Assembly: GCA_002687175.1 (NCBI GenBank)
Contig: NYZP01000019.1
Span: forward strand, 14,629-78,628
Reading direction: 5' to 3'
Source: Parcubacteria group bacterium
GTDB taxonomy: Bacteria; Patescibacteriota; Patescibacteriia; Buchananbacterales; UBA6539
DNA: 64,000 bases
The translations under genes and the position numbers were made by a program. The notes beneath the pieces are model-generated. The model did not search any database and was not told the origin of the DNA. It saw only the letters and a list, made by a program, of their open reading frames with translations. Shown here piece after piece: positions 27,589 through 37,262 of this stretch; positions within the stretch are counted from its first letter, which is position 1; each line of letters starts with the position of its first letter.

Positions 27589-28503
27589 ATGGAACGCTTT
27601 AATCTACCTTACATAGTAGTCTTTATTCCTGCTTATAACGAGGAGGAATCAATTGAGGAAGTAATTCGAAAAATTAAAGAGACGTATCAAGGACCTAATC
27701 AAAAAGATTTTGTTCTTGATATTATAGTCGTAAATGATGGATCAAAAGACAACACTTTTGAAGCTGCTCAAAAAGCCGAAGTTAGAAAAATAGTGAATCA
27801 TCCTTATAATAAAGGTCTGGGAGCGGCTACCCGAACAGGTTTACAAACAGCTTTGGAGATGAACGCTGATGTTGCGGTTAAGATTGACGCTGATATGCAA
27901 AATGATCCCAAGGATATTGAAACGGTTGTTCGTCCAATTCTTGATGACCAAGCTGACAGCGTTTTTGGATCTCGTTTAATGGGCGGATTAGAATATAAGA
28001 TGCCATTTTATCGAGATATGGGAAATAAATTTTTTGCTTGGCTGACCTCTAAGATAACTGGGCTGAAAGTCACCGATGCGACAACCGGCTTGATGGCTTT
28101 TCATAAAAGGTATTTAAAAATTTTTACAATTATCAAAGATTATAATGAAACTCAGCAATTGATTATTGATTCTTGGGGTAAACACATGCGAGTAATGGAA
28201 GTTTCAACAGTATTTCACGAAAGAAAAACTGGTCAATCATTTATTAAAATTGGTTTCAAATATCCGGGGATTGTTATCCCAACAATGATCCGGATGTATA
28301 TGCACTTTAAACCATTACGATTTTTTCTGACAACTGGTTTAATTTTTATAATCGTGGGTATTCTCGGCGGACTTCATATCATATTCAATGGTGGTGAAAC
28401 AACATTGTTTGGTGACGCCGCCGTGACTATTACCACTATACTAGGCTTTCAAATCATATTCTTTGGTTTATTAGCTGACCAGGTAAGTTACCGCAGAAAA
28501 TAA
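27589..28503 (+). CDS. GT2 polyprenyl-phosphate sugar synthase-like protein with two C-terminal TM helices
   Basis: IPAYNEE, NDGSKD, NKGLG, DADMQ, FGSR, PLRFF...GLLAD. Confidence 0.88.
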   Translation: MERFNLPYIVVFIPAYNEEESIEEVIRKIKETYQGPNQKDFVLDIIVVNDGSKDNTFEAAQKAEVRKIVNHPYNKGLGAATRTGLQTALEMNADVAVKIDADMQNDPKDIETVVRPILDDQADSVFGSRLMGGLEYKMPFYRDMGNKFFAWLTSKITGLKVTDATTGLMAFHKRYLKIFTIIKDYNETQQLIIDSWGKHMRVMEVSTVFHERKTGQSFIKIGFKYPGIVIPTMIRMYMHFKPLRFFLTTGLIFIIVGILGGLHIIFNGGETTLFGDAAVTITTILGFQIIFFGLLADQVSYRRK

Positions 28504-28561
28504 AACAATTAAAGAAATTTACAAGTTAAAAAATTATTAGTAATTAAATATCAATTAATAT

Positions 28562-30016
28562 ATGAAGATACTACTCATTAACCCCCCTACTTTCAATATG
28601 ATTACTTCGGCTTTGCCCGGTGTCATTGAAGAGGAACGAGGAGTCAATCCCCCCTTAGGCATCCTGTATATTGCAGGTTACTTAAGAAAATTTACTGACC
28701 ATGAAGTAGAGATGTTTGATACTCAATTGGAAAAGTCTAGCTATGAGGAAATTGAAGAACGTATCAAGAAAAGTAATCCTGATGCCGTTGGTATTACGGC
28801 AATGACATTTACCATTATTGATGTGATAAAAATTTGTAAAATTATTAAAAACTTTAACCCTAACATTAAAGTTATTTTAGGCGGACCGCACATCAATATT
28901 TATCCAAATGAAACAATGGAAATTCCCGAGGTAGACTTTCTGGTAATGGGTGAAGGAGAAATGGTGATAAAAGATTTGGTCAACAATATTAATGATCAAG
29001 AAAAACTACATCAAATTACTGGATTAGTTTTTAGAGATGATGGACAAATTGTTAAAACCGGTGTCAGAGAACTACTTCAAGATTTAGATATCTTGCCTTT
29101 TCCGGCCAGAGAAATAACGCAATACAAAAAATACTCTTCTGTTTTGGCAACGCATAAAATTGTAACAACAATGTTTACTTCTAGGGGTTGCCCTTACAAA
29201 TGTTCATTTTGTGATCGACCGCATCTAGGCAAAAGATTTAGAGCTCGAACAGCAGCAAATGTCGTAGACGAAATGGAATTATGCCAAAACATGGGTATTG
29301 GTGAAATATTAATTTACGATGATACCTTCACTATTGATCGACGTCGTGTTGTTGCTGTATGTGAAGAGTACTTAAAAAGAGGTCTAAAGATAAATTGGGA
29401 CATCAGGGCCAGGGTTAATACTGTTGACACCGAACTACTAAAATTAATGAAAAAATCTGGCTGCACCAGAATTCATTACGGTGTTGAAGCAGGAACCGAG
29501 AAGATACTTAAGGTATTGAAGAAAGGAATTAACCGTAAAATGGTTAAAAAGGCCTTTAAATTAACTAATAAAGAAGGTATAGAAAGCTTAGCCTACTTTA
29601 TGATTGGTTCTCCAACCGAGACAGTAGATGATATTAAAGAAACAATAAAATTTGCTAAAAAAATAAAACCAAATTTTGTACACGCTACAGTTTTAATGCC
29701 TTTTCCGGCCACTGATATTTACTACCAAGGTCTAGAAAGTAAGGTAATAAAATCAGACCATTGGCGAGAATTTGCCAAAAATCCTACAGCCGATTTTAAA
29801 CCACATCTTTGGACTGAAAACTTTGATGAGAAAGAACTGTTTCAATTGCTGCGGTTATTTTATCATAAATTTTATCTGAGACCATCGTTCATCGTTAAAA
29901 AATTAGCTGAATTAAAGTCTTGGGATGAATTTGTTAGAAAATTTAAAGCTGGGATGAGCATCATAAAAATGAAAAAAAATCCGCACAAGTTAATCTCCGC
30001 TAGAGTTGCCGAATAA
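28562..30016 (+). CDS. B12-binding radical SAM enzyme
   Basis: PPLGILYIA, LGGPH, GEGE, SRGCPYKCSFC, DDTFT, GVEAG. Confidence 0.92.
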   Translation: MKILLINPPTFNMITSALPGVIEEERGVNPPLGILYIAGYLRKFTDHEVEMFDTQLEKSSYEEIEERIKKSNPDAVGITAMTFTIIDVIKICKIIKNFNPNIKVILGGPHINIYPNETMEIPEVDFLVMGEGEMVIKDLVNNINDQEKLHQITGLVFRDDGQIVKTGVRELLQDLDILPFPAREITQYKKYSSVLATHKIVTTMFTSRGCPYKCSFCDRPHLGKRFRARTAANVVDEMELCQNMGIGEILIYDDTFTIDRRRVVAVCEEYLKRGLKINWDIRARVNTVDTELLKLMKKSGCTRIHYGVEAGTEKILKVLKKGINRKMVKKAFKLTNKEGIESLAYFMIGSPTETVDDIKETIKFAKKIKPNFVHATVLMPFPATDIYYQGLESKVIKSDHWREFAKNPTADFKPHLWTENFDEKELFQLLRLFYHKFYLRPSFIVKKLAELKSWDEFVRKFKAGMSIIKMKKNPHKLISARVAE

Positions 30017-30087
30017 TATATATCCAAAATTAAAAAACCAAAGTATTTATGGTTTTTTAATTTGACCAAAATTGAATTATCATAAAT

Positions 30088-31077
30088 ATGTCAATAGCAT
30101 CTTATTTACTCTCAAAATCAAACGTTAGAGAATTGGATAAGCTTATCGCCAAAACACCAATTCTAAAACATCCCAGAAAATTATTAGTTCAGGGGTTGAT
30201 TGATTATGAGTTTCCGGTTCATATTTTTATGGAGCTGACTAGTGCTTGTAATTATTTATGCTTAATGTGTCCACGAACCAAGCCGGGTACCTTAGTAGGT
30301 CATATGGAAATCGACGTGATAAAAAAAATTGTTGATGAAGCAAGTAAGTATGGTGGTAAGTCATTCTCACTCCACGGTTTTGGTGAACCATTCATGGCAA
30401 AAAATTTCGACTTTGCCGTCAAATATATTAAAGAGAAACATCCCCAAAATAATATTTTACTTACTAGTAACGGTTCAAGAATAACTGACGATAAAGCCAA
30501 AAAAATAGTTGAAGCCGGCGTTGATAATATATATATAAGTTTCACCAGTCCTGATAGAGAAACTGCTATTAAAAAAGTTGGCGTTGATCAACTCGAGATA
30601 TCTGAAAAAAATATTAATAACCTGATTAGAATTAAAAAAGAACTTAATTCAAAAACTCCAAAAATTTATGTTCGGTTAATTGTTGATGCCGAGACAAAAC
30701 CGCAGACAGAAGAATTTGTCAATCGTTGGAAAGACAAAGACGTAACAGTAGAGCTCAGAGAAGTACATAACTACGGTGGTGAAATTGAACAACGCATAGA
30801 AAAAAAGCTGCCTACGAGGCACCCTTGCTATCATCTATGGTTTGCTCCAATGATTCACTGGAATGGAGATTTTTCTATCTGCTGCGATGACTGGCCACGA
30901 AAAGCAGTTCTTGGCAGTATTAAAAATCAAAGCATCAATGAGATCTGGAACAGTCGAAAGATAAAAGAATTTAGAAAACTTCATCTCTCAGGACAATACG
31001 ATAAAATGTCGCTCTGTAAAAACTGTAATGTTTGGTCTGAGTACAACGACTTCTTCTTTAAACATCAAAAAAAGTAA
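30088..31077 (+). CDS. radical SAM enzyme with SPASM/twitch domain
   Basis: CNYLCLMC, GEP, C-terminal PC...CCDDW...CKNC. Confidence 0.9.
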   Translation: MSIASYLLSKSNVRELDKLIAKTPILKHPRKLLVQGLIDYEFPVHIFMELTSACNYLCLMCPRTKPGTLVGHMEIDVIKKIVDEASKYGGKSFSLHGFGEPFMAKNFDFAVKYIKEKHPQNNILLTSNGSRITDDKAKKIVEAGVDNIYISFTSPDRETAIKKVGVDQLEISEKNINNLIRIKKELNSKTPKIYVRLIVDAETKPQTEEFVNRWKDKDVTVELREVHNYGGEIEQRIEKKLPTRHPCYHLWFAPMIHWNGDFSICCDDWPRKAVLGSIKNQSINEIWNSRKIKEFRKLHLSGQYDKMSLCKNCNVWSEYNDFFFKHQKK

Positions 31078-31090
31078 TACTTTTTAATAA

Positions 31091-32071
31091 CTATTTTCTA
31101 AGATCTTTTAGCTTGATTGGTTTGAGTATCCAGGCCACTAGGCCAAAAATAGTTGTAGCCACGGTGATTAGTAGTAATAACATTGAAAAAATTATTGCCT
31201 TCTCGGCAGCAACGTCTTTCAGACCAAATAATAAAATAACCAAAGCATCGCGAGTACCAATTCCATATATGCTAACTGGTACTAGACTGATCAGCATAGA
31301 TAGAGCCAAAACTATAGCAGTATAGATAAATCCAAGGTAGTCTAAATTCATTGCCTTAACTATCCACCACGACATTACAAACGACAATAACCATGAAAAA
31401 AAAGTTAGAAAAGAAATTACTAAGTAGTCATTCAACTTAAATTGTTTAAATCGTTCAACAAAATCTGAGAAAACTAAATTAGCATTTTTACGATATTTTT
31501 TGGGAGTTAACCCAAAAAATATTTTTTTTAAAACACTTTTATAAATTCCTTTCTTGTATACAATAAAAATTAATAAAATCAACACTATTAATATTACTAA
31601 AGAAAAAAATATTACACTACTGCTATCAAGATAGGACGTAAAATAAAAAAAACTTGCTAGGCAAACGATAAGCAGAAATAACAAGTCAGATAATCGGTCT
31701 AAAAAAACTGAGACAATACCAGGAACTAACGGGTGGCCATCGGATTTTAAATAGTATACTTTACTAAACTCCCCTATTCTAGCCGGCGTAAACGAACCGA
31801 TATAAATTGAAGATAAGTAAGCCAAAAATGAATCTTTAAAACTGTAACTAATACCCATCGTACTAAGTATCATCTTCCAACGAAAAGATCTAATCATAAT
31901 AATTGGTAGTCCTAAAAAAATGGCTCCTACTATATAGATGATGTCAATTTGATTCAATAAACTAAGATAATAGCCAAAGTCAATCTTCGATAAGATAAAA
32001 ATAAAAAGACCAATACCAAATAAGTATATCAGCTTATCTACCCTACTAAAAAACCAACGTCCTAAAGCCAT
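31091..32071 (-). CDS. UPF0104 / lysylphosphatidylglycerol-synthase-TM family flippase-like protein
   Basis: RW, FTPARIGE, DRLSD and PVSIYGIGTRD motifs; multi-TM. Confidence 0.88.
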   Translation of the reverse strand: MALGRWFFSRVDKLIYLFGIGLFIFILSKIDFGYYLSLLNQIDIIYIVGAIFLGLPIIMIRSFRWKMILSTMGISYSFKDSFLAYLSSIYIGSFTPARIGEFSKVYYLKSDGHPLVPGIVSVFLDRLSDLLFLLIVCLASFFYFTSYLDSSSVIFFSLVILIVLILLIFIVYKKGIYKSVLKKIFFGLTPKKYRKNANLVFSDFVERFKQFKLNDYLVISFLTFFSWLLSFVMSWWIVKAMNLDYLGFIYTAIVLALSMLISLVPVSIYGIGTRDALVILLFGLKDVAAEKAIIFSMLLLLITVATTIFGLVAWILKPIKLKDLRK

Positions 32072-32078
32072 AAAATAA

Positions 32079-33791
32079 TTACTTTACTAGATTTAGGAAC
32101 CACATTTCATTAGTATAAACATCGGTTGGTTTCACTAACTCATCCTCTGCCGGAGCAGAAGAAATATTAATTACAGAAGTTTGTTCAAGAATTTTTACTG
32201 ATTGATCTTCATGAAAACCAACAATATATTTAACCCCAAATTTATCAAAAGCTGACTGCAACTCTCCTTCTGCTATTAGTCGATCAGTCGTTTCGGGAGA
32301 AAAGTAAACAAAAGATTTTTCTGCCAAGTAATTGAATAAGACATGCCCTTCTCTAAATGATGTAGCAATTATTTCATCGTCAGCTACCTCTGATTGTTTA
32401 ATTTGTTCACCAATATAAATTGCAGCTAAATTATCTTTGTCGTCGTAAGCTCGTCCCCAAAAAACATGGCTGGCAATCACTAAATTATAAACTACCAACA
32501 AAACAACAATAATATAAATTGGCCAAAGGAATCTTTTTAATTTAAAATAATCTTTTAATAATAAAAATATAGAACTTAATCCCAACGATACCAAAAGAGC
32601 AATCACCCAACCAAAATCTATTAACCTATTTCTGGTAGATAAGCCCAGATAAGATAACAAAAATAAAACACCAATCATCCAAAAAATAAAAAATTGAAAA
32701 AGTTCTTTACTAATATACTTCAATTTATACAAACCCAATAGCATTAACAGGGTTATTAAGGGACCGCCAATTGCTTCGATCGCCAAAAAACGTGACATGT
32801 GCTTCAAAAATATATTACTACCCACTAACAAGCGCTCACCAAAACCAATAGACCGTTCACCAATATTAGCTCCTACTTTTAAACGACCTAAAACAGTTGC
32901 AAAATCAGAATCAGTATTGGTGATTTGTTGCTCTAACTCTTGATCAGCATCACCTTTCGCAAAATGGTAAGTATAAGGATCAGCGTATAAATGTCCGTAA
33001 AGATGGTAGGCAGGCGATTTTAATTCCTCGGAAGCACCAGTTTTAAAAAGATATAAATTAGAATTTTCTTGACTAAGAAAACTTGGTGCCCAAAAAACTA
33101 ACAGCATTAATGCTAAAGGAATAAAAACTGATAAAATTTCCAGCTTCTTTTTATGGAACACTAAATAAATAAAAAATAGTGGCAAAAACATCATGAAAGT
33201 CTCTCTAGACATTACGGTCAAAGACAGAAAAAATCCTGCCAAAACCAAATAAATTATTTTTAATTTCTGATCTCGCCCCCAAAAATAAAATAAACTGAAA
33301 AGTGATAAATAAAAAAGAGCAAACTCGTAAGTAGCTAGAAACTGGGAGTGTTGCCATTGAAAAGGGAAAAAAATATAAATAAAAGGAAAAACCAGGGCTA
33401 TTGATGAACCAAATAAATAGAAAATAAGCACTGTAAACAATACTAGCGCTAGGGCATGCAATATAAAGCTGGTTATTAAAAGTTGATTAATACTTAGCTG
33501 CCCAATGGCTTTAAATAAGTAACCATACGAATAGTAAGTAAATTTGTTACTGACTGTGCTAGTATTAGCCCTTTCTTCGACTAAACTTGGGGCAACAAAA
33601 ATATTAAGGTTATCTTCCATACCAAATACATCCGATTGACTATAATTTCTAGCTATTAAAATACCATAACCCATTGGCTGTGATGAATAACCTTTTAACA
33701 AAACAGGCGAATACCAAACAGTAATCGCCAATAAAAAAATAAAAACTAAAAATATACTAAACAATAAACGAGTCTTCAGCCGTCTAGACAT
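32079..33791 (-). CDS. GT-C-like membrane glycosyltransferase
   Basis: Multi-TM with the PMT-like GFFLSLTVMSRE pattern and a soluble C-terminal domain. Confidence 0.65.
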   Translation of the reverse strand: MSRRLKTRLLFSIFLVFIFLLAITVWYSPVLLKGYSSQPMGYGILIARNYSQSDVFGMEDNLNIFVAPSLVEERANTSTVSNKFTYYSYGYLFKAIGQLSINQLLITSFILHALALVLFTVLIFYLFGSSIALVFPFIYIFFPFQWQHSQFLATYEFALFYLSLFSLFYFWGRDQKLKIIYLVLAGFFLSLTVMSRETFMMFLPLFFIYLVFHKKKLEILSVFIPLALMLLVFWAPSFLSQENSNLYLFKTGASEELKSPAYHLYGHLYADPYTYHFAKGDADQELEQQITNTDSDFATVLGRLKVGANIGERSIGFGERLLVGSNIFLKHMSRFLAIEAIGGPLITLLMLLGLYKLKYISKELFQFFIFWMIGVLFLLSYLGLSTRNRLIDFGWVIALLVSLGLSSIFLLLKDYFKLKRFLWPIYIIVVLLVVYNLVIASHVFWGRAYDDKDNLAAIYIGEQIKQSEVADDEIIATSFREGHVLFNYLAEKSFVYFSPETTDRLIAEGELQSAFDKFGVKYIVGFHEDQSVKILEQTSVINISSAPAEDELVKPTDVYTNEMWFLNLVK

Positions 33792-33855
33792 AAATAAATT
33801 TTGAGATTTATCCTACTGTTGTTATTTTAAAATGACAATAAAATAACAATATGTA

Positions 33856-35286
33856 TTACATTTTAACAAAAATTCCTCTAAGCACAATAAACAATCCGCT
33901 AATACTATTTTTCAATTCACTAAAATTCAAATTCATTAATCTTTTAAAGATGTACTTTGGTCGAAAATAAAATGAGGTTACTGCTTTACGATATGCCTTA
34001 CTGAGCTCTTTGTCTGTCATTTTAGTGGCATTAATTTGTAATTTTTCATATCCATAATCGTTGATATCATTCTTGTCTATAAACCAATCATTCTCAATGG
34101 CCTGACCATAAAGGTCGGAGCCAGGAAAAGCCGTCAGATAAGTAAACGAAGCGTAATCTGGATCAATATCTCTTAGAAACTTTAAAGTCTCATCTAAAGT
34201 CTCTGTGGTTTCTCCGATGCCACCAAGGATCATATCAACGGCTGACTTAATCTTATATTTTTTAGTTAACCTCATTGCCTCTACCGCCTGTTCAATTTTA
34301 GCATCTTTATTGAGGTTATCAAGTATTTCTTGACTACCTGACTCAACGCCGAACGTGATAAGCGAGCAACCAGCCCTACTCATTAGATCTAAAATTTCGT
34401 CATCAACCCGATCTACTCTAGAATTACATGTCCACACAAAATCATAATTCTTGGCAATCATTAAACGACAAAGGTCAGCAACATTTCTTCTGTTTATCAA
34501 AAAATCACTATCTTTAAAATTAATTTCTTTGACATTATAATCTCTAACTAAAGTATCAAGATTTTCTATTGTTTTTTCTGGAGACTCACTACGATACTTA
34601 CGGCCAAACATTGAACGAACGCCACAAAAATTACAGTTGAAGGGGCATCCCCGACTTCTAATATAAGTTACGTAAGGTTTACGTGTTGAAGCTAGACTAC
34701 TGTATTTATCTAAGTCTAGAAGGTCGTAGGCAGGAAACGGTAAACTGTCAACTTCTGGCATCAGCTGCCGAAATTCGGTCCGTATTAATTTGTCACCTTC
34801 GTGATAAAGAATACCTTTAATTTTACTATAATCTGAATCACCAGCCTCAAACTGTTTTAATAACTCAATCATAGTAATTTCCCCTTCACCGACAACCACA
34901 AAATCATAATTTTTGTTTTGAATTACTTCATGAGGCCTAACTGTGGAATGATAACCACCACATATCACAATAGTGTTAGGATTTATTGACTTAACAATGT
35001 CGGCAACGTCTGTTGCTCCGTCAACGAGCAAACTAGTATAGCTAAGGCAAACTACTTCTGGTTTAAACTCGAGAAGTACTTTTTTGATATTTTTAATAGG
35101 ATCTTTTTCAACATTACCATCAAATAATTTAACCTGATAACCATTATCTCTTACCACTGAAGCTAACGCCGTGATACCTATTGGTGGATATTTTAATTTA
35201 CCCACGATCCGATAACTAACCGTGGTTGGTGGATGAATAAACAATATTTTTTTGTCTTTGACTAACACTTTGTCTTTGACTAACAT
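33856..35286 (-). CDS. B12-binding radical SAM enzyme
   Basis: PPIGITALA, GGYH, GEGE, SRGCPFNCNFC, GVESG. Confidence 0.92.
   Translation of the reverse strand: MLVKDKVLVKDKKILFIHPPTTVSYRIVGKLKYPPIGITALASVVRDNGYQVKLFDGNVEKDPIKNIKKVLLEFKPEVVCLSYTSLLVDGATDVADIVKSINPNTIVICGGYHSTVRPHEVIQNKNYDFVVVGEGEITMIELLKQFEAGDSDYSKIKGILYHEGDKLIRTEFRQLMPEVDSLPFPAYDLLDLDKYSSLASTRKPYVTYIRSRGCPFNCNFCGVRSMFGRKYRSESPEKTIENLDTLVRDYNVKEINFKDSDFLINRRNVADLCRLMIAKNYDFVWTCNSRVDRVDDEILDLMSRAGCSLITFGVESGSQEILDNLNKDAKIEQAVEAMRLTKKYKIKSAVDMILGGIGETTETLDETLKFLRDIDPDYASFTYLTAFPGSDLYGQAIENDWFIDKNDINDYGYEKLQINATKMTDKELSKAYRKAVTSFYFRPKYIFKRLMNLNFSELKNSISGLFIVLRGIFVKM
35251..35286. repeat. 18-nt tandem duplication at the gene start
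   Basis: TTTGTCTTTGACTAACA(C/T) x2, giving MLVKDK-VLVKDK. Confidence 0.85.
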
Positions 35287-35306
35287 ATATGTAAATTTGA
35301 TATTAA

Positions 35307-35984
35307 TTAAAATTTTTTACCAACGATTAATTGGTTACACATTATTTTTCCTAAACCAATACGACTTAAAAAATTTTCATATTGCTTTTCAAATGGAATT
35401 TTAAAAAAAGGAAATAACATAAAGTATTTCGATTTGACTACTTTAAAATTACTATCTCTTAGAATTGCTTCTAATTTTTTTAAAGTAAACTTCTCATTGT
35501 GCTCTTCAGAAGGGGTATACCCAAACATTTCTGACATATTGTCATGCCAGGGATTTGCAACAGTCAAAATAACGATACCATCATCTTTTAAAGCCCTAAA
35601 ACACTCTTTGAGCACTTTATGAGGGTCTTCTAAATGATCAATAGCAGATATTATTATTATAACATGAAATGAGTTATTTGCAAACTCTAAATTTGCGGCA
35701 TCACCAAGCTTTAATTGAATATTTGGATCCTTGTTTGTATCAATTAAATCTTGGCTCATATCAATGCCAATGGCTTGATTAAACTTAAAAATTTTATTAA
35801 GTTTGCTCAACATTAAACCATCAGCTGTCCCAATATCTAAGCAGTTTAAATCAGAATAGTTACTAAAATTCTTTTTAATCACCCTTTTAACTTCATCGGT
35901 GCGACGATTTAAACGATAGATATAATCAATTCTTTTTTGTCTTTGATGATGATAATGTTTTTCTACTACTCCTGGCTCATGCAT
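35307..35984 (-). CDS. class I SAM-dependent methyltransferase
   Basis: LDIGTADG, GIDMS, DHLEDP. Confidence 0.88.
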   Translation of the reverse strand: MHEPGVVEKHYHHQRQKRIDYIYRLNRRTDEVKRVIKKNFSNYSDLNCLDIGTADGLMLSKLNKIFKFNQAIGIDMSQDLIDTNKDPNIQLKLGDAANLEFANNSFHVIIIISAIDHLEDPHKVLKECFRALKDDGIVILTVANPWHDNMSEMFGYTPSEEHNEKFTLKKLEAILRDSNFKVVKSKYFMLFPFFKIPFEKQYENFLSRIGLGKIMCNQLIVGKKF

Positions 35985-35990
35985 AAATTT

Positions 35991-37262
35991 TTATTCTAAT
36001 GATTCAAAATAAAACTTCTCTAACTTTCTGGCCTGTTTTTCTAAAGTAAAAAACTTAGTGACTCTTAACAAACCATTATTACCAAACTCCTGAGCTAAAT
36101 CTTCGTTCTTCAAAAGAGTTAATAATTTTTCAGCGAACCTGTCAATATTTAACGGATTAACAATAAAACCTGTCAAATCATTTATCACTAGCTCTTTCGT
36201 GCCACCGAAACAGGTTCCAACTACAGGTAACCCAGCGGCCATTGCTTCCAAATTAACAGTCGGAAAAGGATCAAGGTATATTGAAGGCACCACAACGATG
36301 TCTGATGCTTGGAAAGCAACAGCAATCTCCTCTCGATCTAACCAGCCTGTAAAAACTAGATTATCTTCAACTCCTAATTTCTTAGCAAACTCAATTAGCT
36401 TAAGTGCAACGTCACCTTTTTTGCCAGCGATCAATAATTTTGTTTGTGGAGCTTGATGAATTAATCTGGCCAATGCTGCTACTATTACTTCAGCGCCTTT
36501 AGCCCCGGAAAGTCGTCCGCCATATAAAATAATTTTATTACCCGCTAACCCATGTTTAATCTTAAATTTTTCCTTCTGATCCTTGTTAACTGTTGAAATA
36601 ATTGAATCAATTCCGTTATGAACCGTTATAATATTTCTAACACCGTTAGTCTCCAAAGCATTTTTTAATTCATCACAGACGCTAAAAATTTGATCGATAT
36701 ATTTTAAGTAATACCTAATAATAATATTACGAAAAGGGTTAAAACGTTTTTTAGAAAACCTTAAAAGATGCCAAACTGAAATTTTATAATTAAATTTTGG
36801 TTTATCAGACAAGTCATTATAATTTACAAACTCTCTAAACTTATCATAATGAACTAACATCATATCATGAACGGTTAAAAAAGTTTTGGCACCGAATTGC
36901 TTAGCCAGCTTGAAACAAGCATAAGATAATCGCCAATGCACATTATGAAAATGAACGATATCTGGTTGAATATCTGATATTAACTGTTTAACTCGCTTAA
37001 CAGTATTTTTATTATACAAACTGTGATAAGCGCGCCAGCGAACATGATGGTTAGTATAAATTTGAAAAATTGTTAAACCTTGATATTCAATTTTCTCTGG
37101 TAAATCAGATTCTTGAACAGTAGTGATTATATAAATCTTGTGTCTCAACTCTTTCATTTTTTTAGCTAAATTGTAAGCAACAATACCAGCCCCAGCCGAA
37201 TGAGGTGGAAAGGAGTCATTAAAATAAATGATTTTTAATTTTTTATTTAGTAGATCTGCCAT
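35991..37262 (-). CDS. GT4 family glycosyltransferase
   Basis: HNGID, GRLSGAKG, DPFPTVNLEAMAAG. Exact start uncertain. Confidence 0.9.
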   Translation of the reverse strand: MADLLNKKLKIIYFNDSFPPHSAGAGIVAYNLAKKMKELRHKIYIITTVQESDLPEKIEYQGLTIFQIYTNHHVRWRAYHSLYNKNTVKRVKQLISDIQPDIVHFHNVHWRLSYACFKLAKQFGAKTFLTVHDMMLVHYDKFREFVNYNDLSDKPKFNYKISVWHLLRFSKKRFNPFRNIIIRYYLKYIDQIFSVCDELKNALETNGVRNIITVHNGIDSIISTVNKDQKEKFKIKHGLAGNKIILYGGRLSGAKGAEVIVAALARLIHQAPQTKLLIAGKKGDVALKLIEFAKKLGVEDNLVFTGWLDREEIAVAFQASDIVVVPSIYLDPFPTVNLEAMAAGLPVVGTCFGGTKELVINDLTGFIVNPLNIDRFAEKLLTLLKNEDLAQEFGNNGLLRVTKFFTLEKQARKLEKFYFESLE

